Below are positions 1 through 12,576 of a DNA stretch of 64,000 nt, piece by piece (within the stretch, counting starts at the first letter, position 1; the number at the start of each line of letters is the position of its first letter). The DNA lies in the NCBI RefSeq assembly GCF_001194135.2, contig NC_068996.1, positions 18,348,021 to 18,412,020 of the forward strand, read 5' to 3'. The position numbers and the translations under genes are program-made. The notes under the pieces were generated by a model. That model worked only from the letters and a program-made list of their open reading frames with translations, ran no database searches and was not told the origin of the DNA. This DNA comes from Octopus bimaculoides (Eukaryota).

Positions 1-260
1 CAGGAAAAACAAGGACGAGACATTCAGAGCTTTCAATCTTCAGTCGAGAAGCTGATTGTTGACAACACACATTGAATCCTGATTCCTTTCCTCTTGGGGC
101 AGCCGCCATGTATCTCTTCTATTGCATGGCACCCGTTCCTGTTCTTTTTCCCTACTTAAACCTCTGTACTTGGCATATGGCTACCTCTCTCAAAACTACA
201 TTCCCACTCCATGAAGGGAGTTGTCTAGCAAGTTTCTAGGTAACCTCATTAGTGCTGGTG

Positions 261-261
<1 letters not shown>

Positions 262-309
<48 letters not shown>
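262..309. repeat. (CA)n microsatellite
   Basis: Pure CA run. Confidence 0.95.
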
Positions 310-313
<4 letters not shown>

Positions 314-994
314 AAATCACCTAGAACACAATGTAAAATGGTAGGCATTTGGAAGGACATCCATCCATAGAAACTATATCAAAGCAGATACTGGAAACTC
401 ATCCAGTACTCATACTAGTCAGATCTTGTTGAACTGTCTCATTCCAATCATGGAAAAGTGGACATTAGGATGATGATGATGATGATGATGTGGTGTTGGA
501 TTATAGTAGTGTCTAGTCATGGGGAAAATATTACCTTGCTTGGAAACAAGTGAGGGCTAGCATGGAAAAGTGGACATTAAACAATCACAACAATGACGAT
601 GATGATGATGATGATGATGATGTGTGCACAAATGTTATTTATTCTGCCCATAAAACAACAGGCTACGTACTTACTAGTTGTAAAATGTAATCTTCCAAAT
701 TAATTCTTTCAGACGTAGAATATAGTTAATCTCCTCGCACTCTACACTACAAGATTATCTTTGATTATAAATAAAAGAAGCACAGAGATTAATTTAATAA
801 TTATAATAGGATCTGTGTGCACTCCCCTCTTCCCATGACGTGTAAGTCAGTAACAGTAGATATTATATCAAGTTAAACAGTCAGCTGATTTCATAAATTA
901 AGCCGTGAGGGTAATGATGATGATGATGTTGATGGTTATTATGTATACTTTCTTTCTTTGTTTTATTGTGTACGGTGTGTACTTTCTTTTGTTG

Positions 995-1039
<45 letters not shown>

Positions 1040-1217
1040 ATATATATATATAGGTGGAGGTGTGGCTGTATGGTAAGAAGCTTGCTTCTCAACCACCTGG
1101 TTCCAGGTTCAGTCCCACTACATAGCATCTTGCGCAAGTATCTTCTACTACAGCCTTGGGCTGACCGAAGCCTTGTGAGTGGATTTGGTAAACAGAAACT
1201 GAAAGAAGCCCATCGTG

Positions 1218-1250
<33 letters not shown>

Positions 1251-1582
1251 ATGTCTTTATGTCTGTGTTTGTCCTCCTCATCAGCACCTGACAACTGATG
1301 TTGATGTNNNNNNNNNNNNNNNNNNNNNNNNNNNNNNNNNNNNNNNNNNNNNNNNNNNNNNNNNNNNNNNNNNNNNNNNNNNNNNNNNNNNNNNNNNNNN
1401 NNNNNNNNNNNNNNNNNNNNNNNNNNNNNNNNNNNNNNNNNNNNNNNNNNNNNNNNNNNNNNNNNNNNNNNNNNNNNNNNNNNNNNNNNNNNNNNNNNNN
1501 NNNNNNNNNNNNNNNNNNNNNNNNNNNNNNNNNNNNNNNNNNNNNNNNNNNNNNNNNNNNNNNNNNNNNNNNNNNNNNNNNN

Positions 1583-1623
<41 letters not shown>

Positions 1624-1697
1624 TCTTATTCTGTGTAAAATCCCATACTTGATATCTGTCTTTGTATCAACCTCTCATTTGTTGCCCAGGTGGCAAA

Positions 1698-2041
1698 AGC
1701 AGTGAGTTGGCAGAATCGGTACCACACCAGGCAAAATGCTTAGCAGCATTTTGTTCATTTTTACATTTTAAGTTCAATTGCTGCCAAAGTCGACTTTGTC
1801 TTTCATCCTATTGGGGTTGATAAAATAAGTACCAACTGAGCATTAGTGTCAGTGTAATCAACTTGCTTAGCTGTATTTTGTCCGACCTTATGTTCTGGGT
1901 TCAAATGCTGCCAAAGTCAGCTTTGCCTCTCATCCTTTCAGGGTTGATAAATTAAGTACCAGTGAGATCCAGTATCCAGTTCAAGGTACTTAATTAGTTT
2001 CCTTCTCCAAAATTTCAGGCCTTGTGCCTTTAGTAGAAAGG

Positions 2042-2088
<47 letters not shown>

Positions 2089-2290
2089 GGCAGTGAGGTA
2101 GCAGAATTGTTAGTTCATCAGACAAAATGTTTGCCAGCATTTCTTCTGGCTCTTTGCATTCTGGGTTCAAATTCTGCCGTGATTGACTTCAACTTTCATC
2201 CTGTCAGGCTTGATAAAATAAGTACCAGTGTAGCACTTTGAATTTGCTGGACTTGTGCCAACAGTTAGAATTATGATTATTATTATTATT
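1698..2290 (+). mobile_element. Tandem family-M SINE copies joined by (ATT)n tails
   Basis: Repeated GCAGTGAG.TGGCAGAAT head and CTTTCATCCT..GATAAAATAAGTACCA core; (ATT)n at 2042-2086 and about 2270-2290. Confidence 0.75.
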
Positions 2291-2846
2291 GAGTGAGAGA
2301 GCAGTGAATGCCATCAAAGTGACACTCGGATAAAATATACGAAGCCCAGTATACCCATCATGACTTCCTGTCTGATAAGGGTACACTAGACACATGCACA
2401 CAATCATATATGCGCAACATGGTGATCTCATTCCAAGATAAACAGCACATGACTTTGCAGGTGGGGCCCAGTTAGAATTTTTTCAGGTCATGTAGTCCAT
2501 CCCGCTCAAACGGTCCTTGAATAAAGGTTGTTTAAAAATGTTGAATAAAACACCCATGTTTCCAGAGGTGAATTATTCAAACCCCAAAGAATTCCTCTCA
2601 ACACATGGCTATGATGCTCCCCCACTACTTCTGCTTGGGATCAGAGATGCACATATCGTCAGCCACCAAGGGACATGCTCAACTGGTTAAGGTCAAACAA
2701 CTGACAAGCAAATCTGTGGTATTGAGCAGAATATTTGCTGTAGCCCATCTTTTATACCAAGACAAAACAATGTACATGATAACACTTCCAGTCAGTTAAG
2801 ATCAGAAGCTACGAGAGTCAGTGCCTGGTACTGCTTCGGGGCATTT
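2291..2846. repeat. Unclassified ~555-bp interspersed repeat flanked by (ATT)n; second copy at 26071-26548
   Basis: Both copies begin GTGAGAGAGCAG..CATCAAAGTGACACT directly after an (ATT)n tract and align for about 450 bp. Confidence 0.8.
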
Positions 2847-3087
2847 ATCATTATTATTGTTGTTGTTGTTGTTTCTTTACAATACAGTGGCAACAGCAAC
2901 AAAAAAAAAAAACAANNNNNNNNNNNNNNNNNNNNNNNNNNNNNNNNNNNNNNNNNNAAACAATATATCACAGGTTTACTTTTGCTTTTAATCTATGCCA
3001 GCTGGTATTAAATTTTTGTCAAGTTAATTAGTACTTGATGGATAAAAAAAAGATTTAATTTTTTTTAAGAGCTCAACAGAAATAGAA

Positions 3088-3129
<42 letters not shown>

Positions 3130-3783
3130 CAGTAATTATAATTTCTTTTATTTGCCACCAAGGACATCTGAAGTTGGAGATTGACACAAATCTTTGAATT
3201 AGTTCTCTATATTCTGGATTTAAAGGCTGTAGAGAGATATGTTGTTGAAGCATTTTTGGTAGGTTGTGGAAGAAGTTTACTTCCCAGCCATATGGTTCTG
3301 GGTTCAATCCCGCTGTGTAGCACCATGGATAAGTGTCTTCTGTCTTTCCTATAGCCCTCGACTGATTAAAGCCTTGTAACTGGATTTGGTTGACGTATAC
3401 TGAAAGAAGCCCATTGTGTGCATGCACGCACACACACACACATCCTCTCCCCCACAAGTGTACACTTTCATTGAATGACCATAAAAATCAGTATTTATTA
3501 AAATCCATTTCAGTTTCAGAATTTAATAGAATTTATAGACAGTATTCAATTTTGTTATGAATGCTTGTTTTCAGTCTGATGACTCATCTTGTCCAGACAC
3601 TGCTGCTAATGCAAATTAATAAAGTCATAAACATCAAGAAACATTTCTTTTTGGTATTTGTGCACATTCTTGTTTAATGGCTGTTTCCAAGTCATTGACT
3701 ATTGTCAGTTTTGTATCATAAACTCTTATCTTTCAAGTATTATCGTCATCGTTGTCATTTAAGGTATGTTTTCCATGCTGGCG

Positions 3784-4165
3784 TGGAGGCGCAATGGCCC
3801 AGTGGTTAGGGCAGCGGACTCGAGGTCATAGGATTGCGGTTTCGATTCCCAGACCGGGTGTTGTGAGTGTTTATTGAGCGAAAACACCTAAAGCTCCACG
3901 AGGCTCCGGCAGGGGATGGTGGCGAACCCTGCTGTACTCTTTCACCACAACTTTCTCTCACTCTTACTTCCTGTTTCTGTTGTGCCTGTAATTCAAAGGG
4001 TCAGCCTTGTCACACTGTGTCCCGCTGAATATCCCCGAGAACTATGTTAAGGATACACGTGTCTGTGGAGTGCTCAGCCACTTGCACGTTAATTTCACGA
4101 GCAGGCTGTTCCGTTGATCGGATCAACTGGAACCCTTGACGTCGTAAGCGACGGGGTGCCAACAA
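3784..4165 (+). mobile_element. tRNA-derived SINE family T (~380 bp, CAA tail)
   Basis: A box TGGCCCAGTGG and B box GGTTTCGATTCC. TSD TCCATGCTGGC at 3772-3782 and 4166-4176. Six copies in the window. Confidence 0.88.
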
Positions 4166-4904
4166 TCCATGCTGGCATAGGTTAAATGGTTTGACAGGAA
4201 CTGATGAGTTGGGTGACTGCACCGATTTCTGGTATCTGCTTTCGCATGCTTTCTACAGTTGGCTCCCCTTCCTGATGCCAGTCTCCTTACAGACTGTACT
4301 AGGTACTTTTTACATGGCAGCAGTCCTAGTGAGATCATCAAGTACTTGCAAGATAATACCCTTCAACCAAGCCCACTCAGTGTTGAAGGATGAGAAAGTA
4401 TGATAGAAAGACGGGAACGTAATTTCATCATCATCATCATTGTTTAACATCCGCCATCCATGCTGGCATGGATTGGATGGCTTGACAGGAGCCAGCCAGG
4501 TAGAAGACTACCTCAGGCTACTGTGTCTGTTTTGGTAGGGATTTTACGACTGGATGCCCTTCCTAATGTCAACCACCCTGCAGAGTGGACTGAGTGCTTT
4601 TTATGTGACACCAACACAACTGAGGTCAGTTTTGGCATGGTTTTTACAGCTGGATACCCTTCCCAATACCAACCACTTTACAATGTGGACTGGATGTTTT
4701 TTTTATATGGCACCAGCACTAGCAGGGTCACCAAATAACTTGCAAAACAAAGATCCTTTGAGAGGTGAGGGGGCATTGGAGGAGGTGATGTTGTGTCAGA
4801 TAATGAAAGGTTAGAGTGTGACAGAGAGACAGAAAATGATGTCTTGCTATAGAGGAGGTACATGGTTACTTCTGCATGTATATCACCATTAATACATTAA
4901 TTAT

Positions 4905-5500
4905 TATGTGGGGTCCAGGCAATGTGAGGGGGTTTTGCTGAATCTCATTGTCCAGTTCATCTGTTCGGCAAAATTTCATTGATATAGATAGATCCTTACA
5001 TTATTATGGTACCTTGGTAGGCGGTGTCTTATCTTCCTGGAAATTAACTCCACATCTTCAATGTCTTCTTGAATACTTGTCATGATAGATTGTCACAGCA
5101 AGTTTAAGTAAATGAGACCAGTCATAGTACTGTCAAAAAAGAATGGTCTAATTAATTCTTTTGATAATAAGCCACACTATTCTGTAATTCCTGGTAAATT
5201 AACATGAAGTTCAGTAGGTGCAACTCTGGCAGTTAATTGAGCCATTTAGTTTAAATGTAGCATCATCACTCCAAACAATCTTTGTCAAGTACTACTCTCA
5301 AAACTCCACTCGTTGATCTGGATCATCTTCATTAATAGCATTCTTGGAATATAACTTTTCTAATGACAACACTTCAGAACAGTGGATGCTTGATTTTCTT
5401 ATTTGCTCCACAGATTTTCTTGAACTTTGGCAATATGTTTCTAGTACCTTTTTTTTGTTCTGTGAGACATTATCAATGTCTGCATTCCTCCATAACATTT
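4905..5500 (-). mobile_element. Highly decayed Tc1/mariner-superfamily transposase fragment (a different lineage from the other two)
   Basis: [37 protein letters not shown] .. HVNLPGITE*CGL..PFFFDST..YLNLL .. FQEDKTPP; several stops and a frameshift. Confidence 0.8.
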
Positions 5501-6219
5501 GTTGTGGACATTCTGAACAGTTCCATTTGCTTCAAGTTTATTTCTAATTCAAGTAATGGTCAGACACATAGGTTGAATTTGGTTCCTGGTCATGTGGCTT
5601 TGGTTTCAGTCCCACTGTATGGCACCTTGGGAAAGTGTCTTCTACTATGAACCCAGGCTGACCAAAGCCTTGTGTGTGGATTTGCTAGATGGAAACTGAA
5701 AGAAGCCCAACTTATATATATCAATTGATCATGTGATCAACTAGACTATCAGCTGTTATACATTGCTGCTCACAATGCGCTTTGTATTGTTTTAGCTTTT
5801 GAATAATGCCACCCTGCTGGCTAGGAAAGCCAGCCCATCACAGGGTTACCCGTTTACAGCTGAATGAACTGGAGCAATGTGAAATGGATTGTTTTGTTCA
5901 AGAACACAGTGCACTGTTTGGTCTGGGAACTGAATACACTAAACACTTGACCACACACACACACACACACACATCTATGTGTGTGAGTCTTTGCGTTTGT
6001 CTCCTACCACCACTTGACAATCAGCGTTGGTTTGTATATGTGCCTGTAACTTAACAGTTCACCAAAAGTAACCGATAGAATAAATACCAGGCTTTAAAAT
6101 AAATAAGTACTGGGTTTGATTTGTTCACCTGAAACCTCATTGTGCGGTACCCCAACATGGTTGCAGTCTAATAACTGAAACAAGTAGAAGGCAAAAGGTG
6201 TATATATAAAATGTATGTG

Positions 6220-6251
<32 letters not shown>

Positions 6252-6407
6252 TGTATGTTATCAATCAGTTTCATTTCTGTATTTCTTGTCAATAGAGAAA
6301 GAGCCGGACTCTAACATAAATTCAAGGTTCCTTCATTGGAACTTTTATCAACATCATCTAGGTATTTGTGCATATGTGTGTGTGTGTGCAGTATTTGATG
6401 TTAGTGT

Positions 6408-6576
6408 ATGCGCAGATTTGTATGTTTGTTTTATGGATGCGTTTTTATGTATATATTTTCATGTCTAGGCGTGTGCATATGTATTTATGCGCAGATTTGT
6501 ATGTTTGTTTTATGGATGTGTTTTTATGTATATATTTTCATGTCTAGATGCATGCATATGTATTTATGTGCTAAAT
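6408..6576. repeat. 79-bp tandem repeat, at least 2 copies, running into an N gap
   Basis: ATGCGCAGATTTGTATGTTTGTTTTATGGATG.. recurs at 6408 and 6487. Confidence 0.9.
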
Positions 6577-6943
6577 NNNNNNNNNNNNNNNNNNNNNNNN
6601 NNNNNNNNNNNNNNNNNNNNNNNNNNNNNNNNNNNNNNNNNNNNNNNNNNNNNNNNNNNNNNNNNNNNNNNNNNNNNNNNNNNNNNNNNNNNNNNNNNNN
6701 NNNNNNNNNNNNNNNNNNNNNNNNNNNNNNNNNNNNNNNNNNNNNNNNNNNNNNNNNNNNNNNNNNNNNNNNNNNNNNNNNNNNNNNNNNNNNNNNNNNN
6801 NNNNNNNNNNNNNNNNNNNNNNNNNNNNNNNNNNNNNNNNNNNNNNNNNNTATCTGCAAATTTCTCAGTAGCTCGGCGTAGTTGTTCTCTTTTTCTCTAA
6901 TATTTAGTGTGATGTTGACATCCGCAGGGTATGTATGTATGTA

Positions 6944-6986
<43 letters not shown>

Positions 6987-7645
6987 CAGGGTGTGGTGAG
7001 TAAATAGTTGTCTAAATTATGCAAAAATGAAAATAACATTGACATCTCATTTTAACAGATATATTTACCAAAATTACATTAAAATTACACTAAAGAGTAA
7101 ATTTATTCAATAAAATCGCCAAATCGCCATTGGTTTCAACCATGGCATCCAGACGACTTCAGAATCTCTTGCGACTCTTCTGGACGGTGTCCTTGTTTAA
7201 TTTGGAGAATTTTTCCATAATCCTTGCTTTCAGTTCAGCTTTGGTGTTACAAGGAGTTTTGTTGATCTCTTGCTCAACAGTGCCCCACACATAATAATCA
7301 AAGGGATTGCAGTCTGGTGAGGTGGGTGGCTAGATCTTAGGGGTGATGTGGTTGCAGAAATTGTCTGACAACCATGATTGGGTTCTCTTGCTTGTGTGGC
7401 ATGGTTCAGAGTGCTGTTGCTAGAGATAGGATCTTCCAGCAGCCACCCTCTTGACCCAGGGCAGCACTACCTCCTCAAGTTGCTTGATGTAGGCCTCCAT
7501 GTAGAGACTGAGGCTGTGAGGGAAGATGATTGGAAGCATAACGTCGCCATCACTAGTGATCACTCCAAACACCATGATGTTGAGTGGATGTTTGATATTT
7601 ATCACTCTCGGTACATGTTTTGAGGGCATGGCAAGCCAACAGTTG
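6987..7645 (-). mobile_element. Truncated Tc1/mariner fossil, DD37D (maT-like) transposase 3' part
   Basis: KHPLNIMVFGVITSDGDVM..RSYL*QQHSEPCHT..PPTSPDCNPFDYYVWG, with 37 residues between the mutated D(H) and the third D. TA|CAGGGTG terminus at 6985-6993. Confidence 0.85.
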
Positions 7646-7689
7646 TTCTAGGTGTTCACCATCTGATCCTAACAGCCTGGTCTTCTTGG

Positions 7690-8031
7690 AGGCAAAGTGG
7701 CTGAGTTCCTTTCGAGTGTTGGGCCTCACAGAGGCAATGATGAAAACCTTTGGCATTATGTTGTACTTGAGAAGAAGACCTATCAGGCTGAGCAAAATCG
7801 CAATAGTTGCAGATACCGGTGTCATGCAAATGGCGCCCATGCTGGTGGCATGTAAAAACATCCATTACACTCTTGGAGTAGTTGGTGTTAGGAAGGGCAT
7901 CCAACCTTAGAAAACCATGCCAAATCGAACTGGATCCTGGCGCTGATTTCCAATATGCCAGCCCAGTCAAATTGTCCAACCCTTGCCACCATGGACAATG
8001 GACGTTAAATGATGATGGTGATGATGATGAT
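7690..8031 (+). mobile_element. RTE LINE 3' remnant
   Basis: FRVLGLTEAM..EK resembles the ORF end of the 41431-43256 copy; followed by the 3'UTR motifs and a (GAT)n tail. Confidence 0.7.
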
Positions 8032-8039
8032 ATGTAATT

Positions 8040-8078
<39 letters not shown>

Positions 8079-8088
8079 TATGTATGTG

Positions 8089-8126
<38 letters not shown>

Positions 8127-11100
8127 CATATGTGCAGATTTAATTCTGTGGTTAAGGATCTTGCTTCTGTGTGTCATCTACTTTTAGTCCCTGCCTCACC
8201 AAAGCCTTGTGAGTAGATATGTTTCATAGAAACTGAAAGAAGCCCATCTTATATATGCTCCTCAGTACCATTATCTATATTTCTCATTGTAATATATCAG
8301 GCAAATATGTGTGTGCGTGGATATGTATGTATGTATCTATGTATATCATCATCGTTGTCATTTAACGTCCGCTTTCCATGCTGATGTATAATATTATATT
8401 TTGCCCTAATACTAATATGGACTGGATTTCTCTTTAACAGAACTCTGATATTAAAGAAAGTGTTAGATGCTTATAGTATACAAATTAGTAGCCGTAGATC
8501 TGTGAAGCTACTAGACTTGATGTGTATAGAAATGGATTGGCGACTTGTTCCGTTGGGATTGATCGAGTGATGTAGACACTTGACGACACCCAGATATGAG
8601 TTTAAAATTAATTTTATTTTACAATCTACCAACAGAAAGTGAATTTGGTGTATTTGTATGTTATGTAATGCGTATGCTAACATGTAAAGAATGTTTTCAT
8701 TGGGTGTCTTGTGTGTTTGTTGGAGAATATATTCTGAAATGTAAAGTAGAAGTTTATTTTGAATGGTACTGAATGGGGGATCTAAAACAATCGAATCATT
8801 TTGTATCCATCCGGTTGCATCCAATCACTCTGCAACGTATTGATGTTGCTAGGTGTCACATCCTGTATCAACCTGTATGTGTGTGTGTGTGTGTGTGTGT
8901 ATGCATCCCTGTCTGTGTGTCCTGTAACCTAACACTAAGTGTTCAGTTTAGTGTTGCCTAGTAACAGCTTTGTTCCATCAATAAAACCTTTCGCTGTATT
9001 AAATGCTCGATATCGAAGGTTACAATAACCAATGTTTTTACATTCAGTCATGCATTCATTCATTCTTCTTTTACTGTTTTATCATCCTTTTCTTCTTTCT
9101 TCTCCCATCTTTATTCCTCTTCTTTTTTCTTTTCTTTTCCTTCTTCACACTCTTTACTTCTTGTTCTACTACTTCTCATTCTGTTTCTTCTCTTTATTTC
9201 CCCTCCTCTATCTTCTGCTTCTTCTTTCTCCTCCTCTTCCACCACCACCTTCTTGGGTTAACAAAATAATGAGCCAACATGTGTTGTGTCATTGTAATTG
9301 AGTACTCACCCCTCAGTCTAAACTTTAATATCTTGTTCTTAATCAAGATACAATTATTATTATTGGCAGAATCGTTAATATACTGGATAAGATGCTTAGC
9401 AACATTTCTTCCAGCTCTTTACATTCTGAGTCCTAATTCCATAGAGATCAACTTTGCCTCTCGTCCTTTTGGGGGTTAGTAAAATAAAGTGCCTGTCAAG
9501 TACGGGATTACTACAACTGACTTGCTCCCTCCCCTCACAATTGCTGGTCTTGTGTTGGAAGTTGAAACAATTATTCTTATTACTGTGGTCAGCATTCCTG
9601 CAAGATATGCTCAGGTGTAGGCTCTGACAATTTTAGCAGGACATCAAACCTTCCGACTGTGAAGAGTATATATTTGGAAAGTATTATTTGTATACACATG
9701 ATGCTGCATAAAATATACAGGGTCTGGGTGAGTTTAGCTTCAATATATGATAGTCTTCCAAAGAAATCATCGTCATCATTTACATCATAGTTTAATGCTT
9801 GTTTTTCCTGCTGGCATGGGTTGGACAGTTCAACAGGAAGTGACGTCAGTTCCAATGTCTGTTTTGACATGGTTTTTACAGTTGGATGCTCTTTGTAGCA
9901 CCAACCATTTTACAGAGTATATTAGGTGCTTTTTCATAGCACTAGTTACTGGTGAGGTCACCAAGTAACTAACAAGACAAGAACCCTTAACTAAATAGGC
10001 TGTTATATTGAGGTAGATGAAAGTTTGGTTCAGGGACAGGAATAAATGTCTTCCTGAAGAGGTTGTGCATGACTTACCCGGCTGGAAAGGGAGAGAAAGT
10101 TGGTGAGGGCTTTCCCTCAAGGTACAAACTGAATATGAGAATAGGGATAAATGAACAGAAAGAGTGGGTAGGTAAGTTTGCAAGAGTGTGAAAGGAGAGT
10201 GAGAGATGTTTATGTGATGGAAAGATATGAGAACAGAGACTTTCCATTTTGGTGGAGCCCTCCTTAGGCTTTTAAAGTTTCTCTTGAAAAGCAAGATGAG
10301 GCTGGAGAAGTTGGTGCTGTCCACTAACAAATTTATTAAAAGGTGGGTGAGGGTGGCATAAATGGCAAAAGTAGATAAAACTACTGCAAGTATAAGCCTG
10401 TAAGTTAGAGATCAAAAATTAGATGGGATACTCGCTTTTGGTATGCAGAGAGGTCTTGGATTGTGGGATTTCTCAGTTGGCCATAGGAGTCCACTTGGGC
10501 ACTCCTGATCAATGAAACAGGATCAATGAAACAGGCATCTTCTTGTACTAGAAGACACTCATTTTTGCTGCATGGTGTACTGAACCCTAAACCAAATGGT
10601 TAGGGAGTGAGATTCTTAGTTAGCTGTGCCCATCTATGTTAATCATCATCATCATTTAGCATCTGTATTCCATGCTGGCATGGGTTGGGCAGTTCAACAG
10701 GATCAGATGGTTCATGATTCAGTGTCTGCTTCAGCATGTTCTCTATGGCTGGGATGTCCTTCCTAATGCTGACCACTTTACTGAATACTGACTGTTTTTT
10801 TTTCTTAACAGTGGTACCAGTGAGGTTGCCGAGGAACTTGAAAGGCAAAATGCCCCTTGATTGAGTGGTAGGGTGTAGAATGAAGAGAGGTGGCTTATGC
10901 CAGATGTTGAGAGACAACAATATGACAGACAGGAATAGGAGATACATAGCTAACCCAACTGGGAAAGGAGTAAAGATGCTGTTGAAGTATCACAATCATC
11001 CTCATGTACCTTCAAGGTACAAGAGTGTGTGTGTGAAGGGAGATCAGGACAGAAAAGCAGGTGAAGTGGGACAGGGACAGAAGAGCCAGTAAAATCACAA

Positions 11101-11454
11101 TGGTGTAATATGAATGATAGCTGGTTAGAGGTTGGAAATATAGGGATGTAGGTAATGCAGTGGAGATGGGACATGGTAATGAATATCAGTTGGTGGGAAG
11201 GGTGAAGAAAATAGGAATGATATGTGGCAATACAAAAAGGAAGGCAAGTAGAGAGAGCAACGTTGCAATAAAACTATAAATGAGAAATATTCTTATTCTA
11301 GCAATTATACTTTGAGAATATCCTTCTTCACTGCTAATGTAGGCCACCTAGGTAACAAAAAGTGTCCACTATCTCTAGAATACATCCAGCACAGCTGAGA
11401 AAATCTATCTTTAACCTTAACCCTACCCAACTTCCACAAAGTCTAATCTCTGTG

Positions 11455-12385
11455 TGATTCCTTTGCACCACTTGGGTGTCTATTATTTGCACTGGGTACA
11501 TTGTATGGAATTTCTACCTATGCCTTTTCTATGTATTTTTAGGGCCATTTTCCTGAAGGTACGGGTGTGGCTGTGTGGTAAGAAGCTTGCTCCTTGCCAC
11601 ATGGTTCTGGGTTCAGTTCCACTATATGGAACCTTAGGCAAGTGTCTTCTGCCTTGGGATGACTAAAGCCTTGTGAGTGGATTTGGTAGACGGAAACTGA
11701 AAGGCACCTGTCATGTATATATATGTATATATATCATTATCATTGTTTAACATCCACTTTCCAAGCTGGTATGGGTTGGACAGTTTGAATGAAGACTGGC
11801 AAGCCAGGAGGCTGCATCAAGCTCCAATCTGATCTAGCAAGGTTTCTGCAGCTGGATGCCCTTCCTAACGCCAACCACTCCGAGAGTGTAGTGGGTGCTT
11901 TTTACGTGCCACCGATGGTGCATATGTATATATTTATGTGTGTGTTTCTTTGTGTCTGTGTTTGTACCCCCATCACCATTTGACAACCGGTGTTGGTGTG
12001 TCTACACCCCTGTATCTTAGTAGTACAGCGAAAGAAACTGATAGAATAAGTACTAGTCTTTAAAAAAAATAAGTCCTGGGATTGGTTTGTTCGACTAAAA
12101 CCCTTCAAGGTAGTGCCCCAGCATGGTTGCAGTCAGATGACTGAAACGAGTAAAAGAATATGCTGCCCATTTTCCTGCTTCCAAGAACTTTAGTCTTTGC
12201 TAAGTTAAGGTCCTTTTGATTCTAAGTTGTGCTTCTTTCCTGCTTCTACTACAGATTCAGCTATGAGATCAAGGGCATCAGTATAGGGGTTTTCCCACGG
12301 GCACTCAGTTTTAAATTCCTCTTTTAGGGCCTGAAGGTCTGTGATGAATAAGAAGAGACTAAGAACTGAACTCTGAACATCTTAG
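11455..12385 (-). mobile_element. Decayed RTE RT/PHD relic split by later SINE and LINE-tail insertions
   Basis: 12195-12385 (-) reads QSSVLSLFLFI..EEFKTECPWENPYTD. 11455-11560 aligns by eye with the PHD-coding DNA at 42700-42790. Confidence 0.6.
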
Positions 12386-12471
12386 AAATAATTACAACAT
12401 ATGCATTGAATGCAACCTGTCTGACTTATTTCTAATCACTTATGTTAATGTTATTTGTTAATTACTTTCAG

Positions 12472-12576
12472 CTTGTTGGTGGAGAGTTTGAAATTGAAAC
12501 AAACTTTATCATCCAGGATCCTCATAATGTTCATCACATGTTAGATGTCCTGAAAGTCTGTTCAGCAACACTTCAG
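12472..12576 (+). CDS. NBEA: Neurobeachin exon 1 of 28 in window (105 nt, phase 0-0)
   Basis: tttcag|CTT..CAG|gtaagt; LVGGEFEIETNFIIQDPHNVHHMLDVLKVCSATLQ. Confidence 0.93.

Noticed and set aside
881-1705. ORFs with YI/HT/CV runs or X runs (also near 6500, 21187, 53800, 58000, 63200)
   Set aside because: They are translations of TA/CA microsatellites or read through N gaps.
3575-3619. Possible small terminal exon SDDSSCPDTAANAN* after gcttgttttcag
   Set aside because: It is only 14 codons with no homology or partner exon; chance occurrence is likely.
3784-3860. tRNA gene (A and B boxes, TCG loop)
   Set aside because: There is no complete cloverleaf. It is the head of a ~380-bp element present six times, with TSDs and CAA tails, so it is a SINE.
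9830-10480. Possible CR1/L2 LINE 3' fragment
   Set aside because: It is clearly repetitive (similar pieces near 13290, 15960 and 32000), but I found no diagnostic protein motif to classify it.
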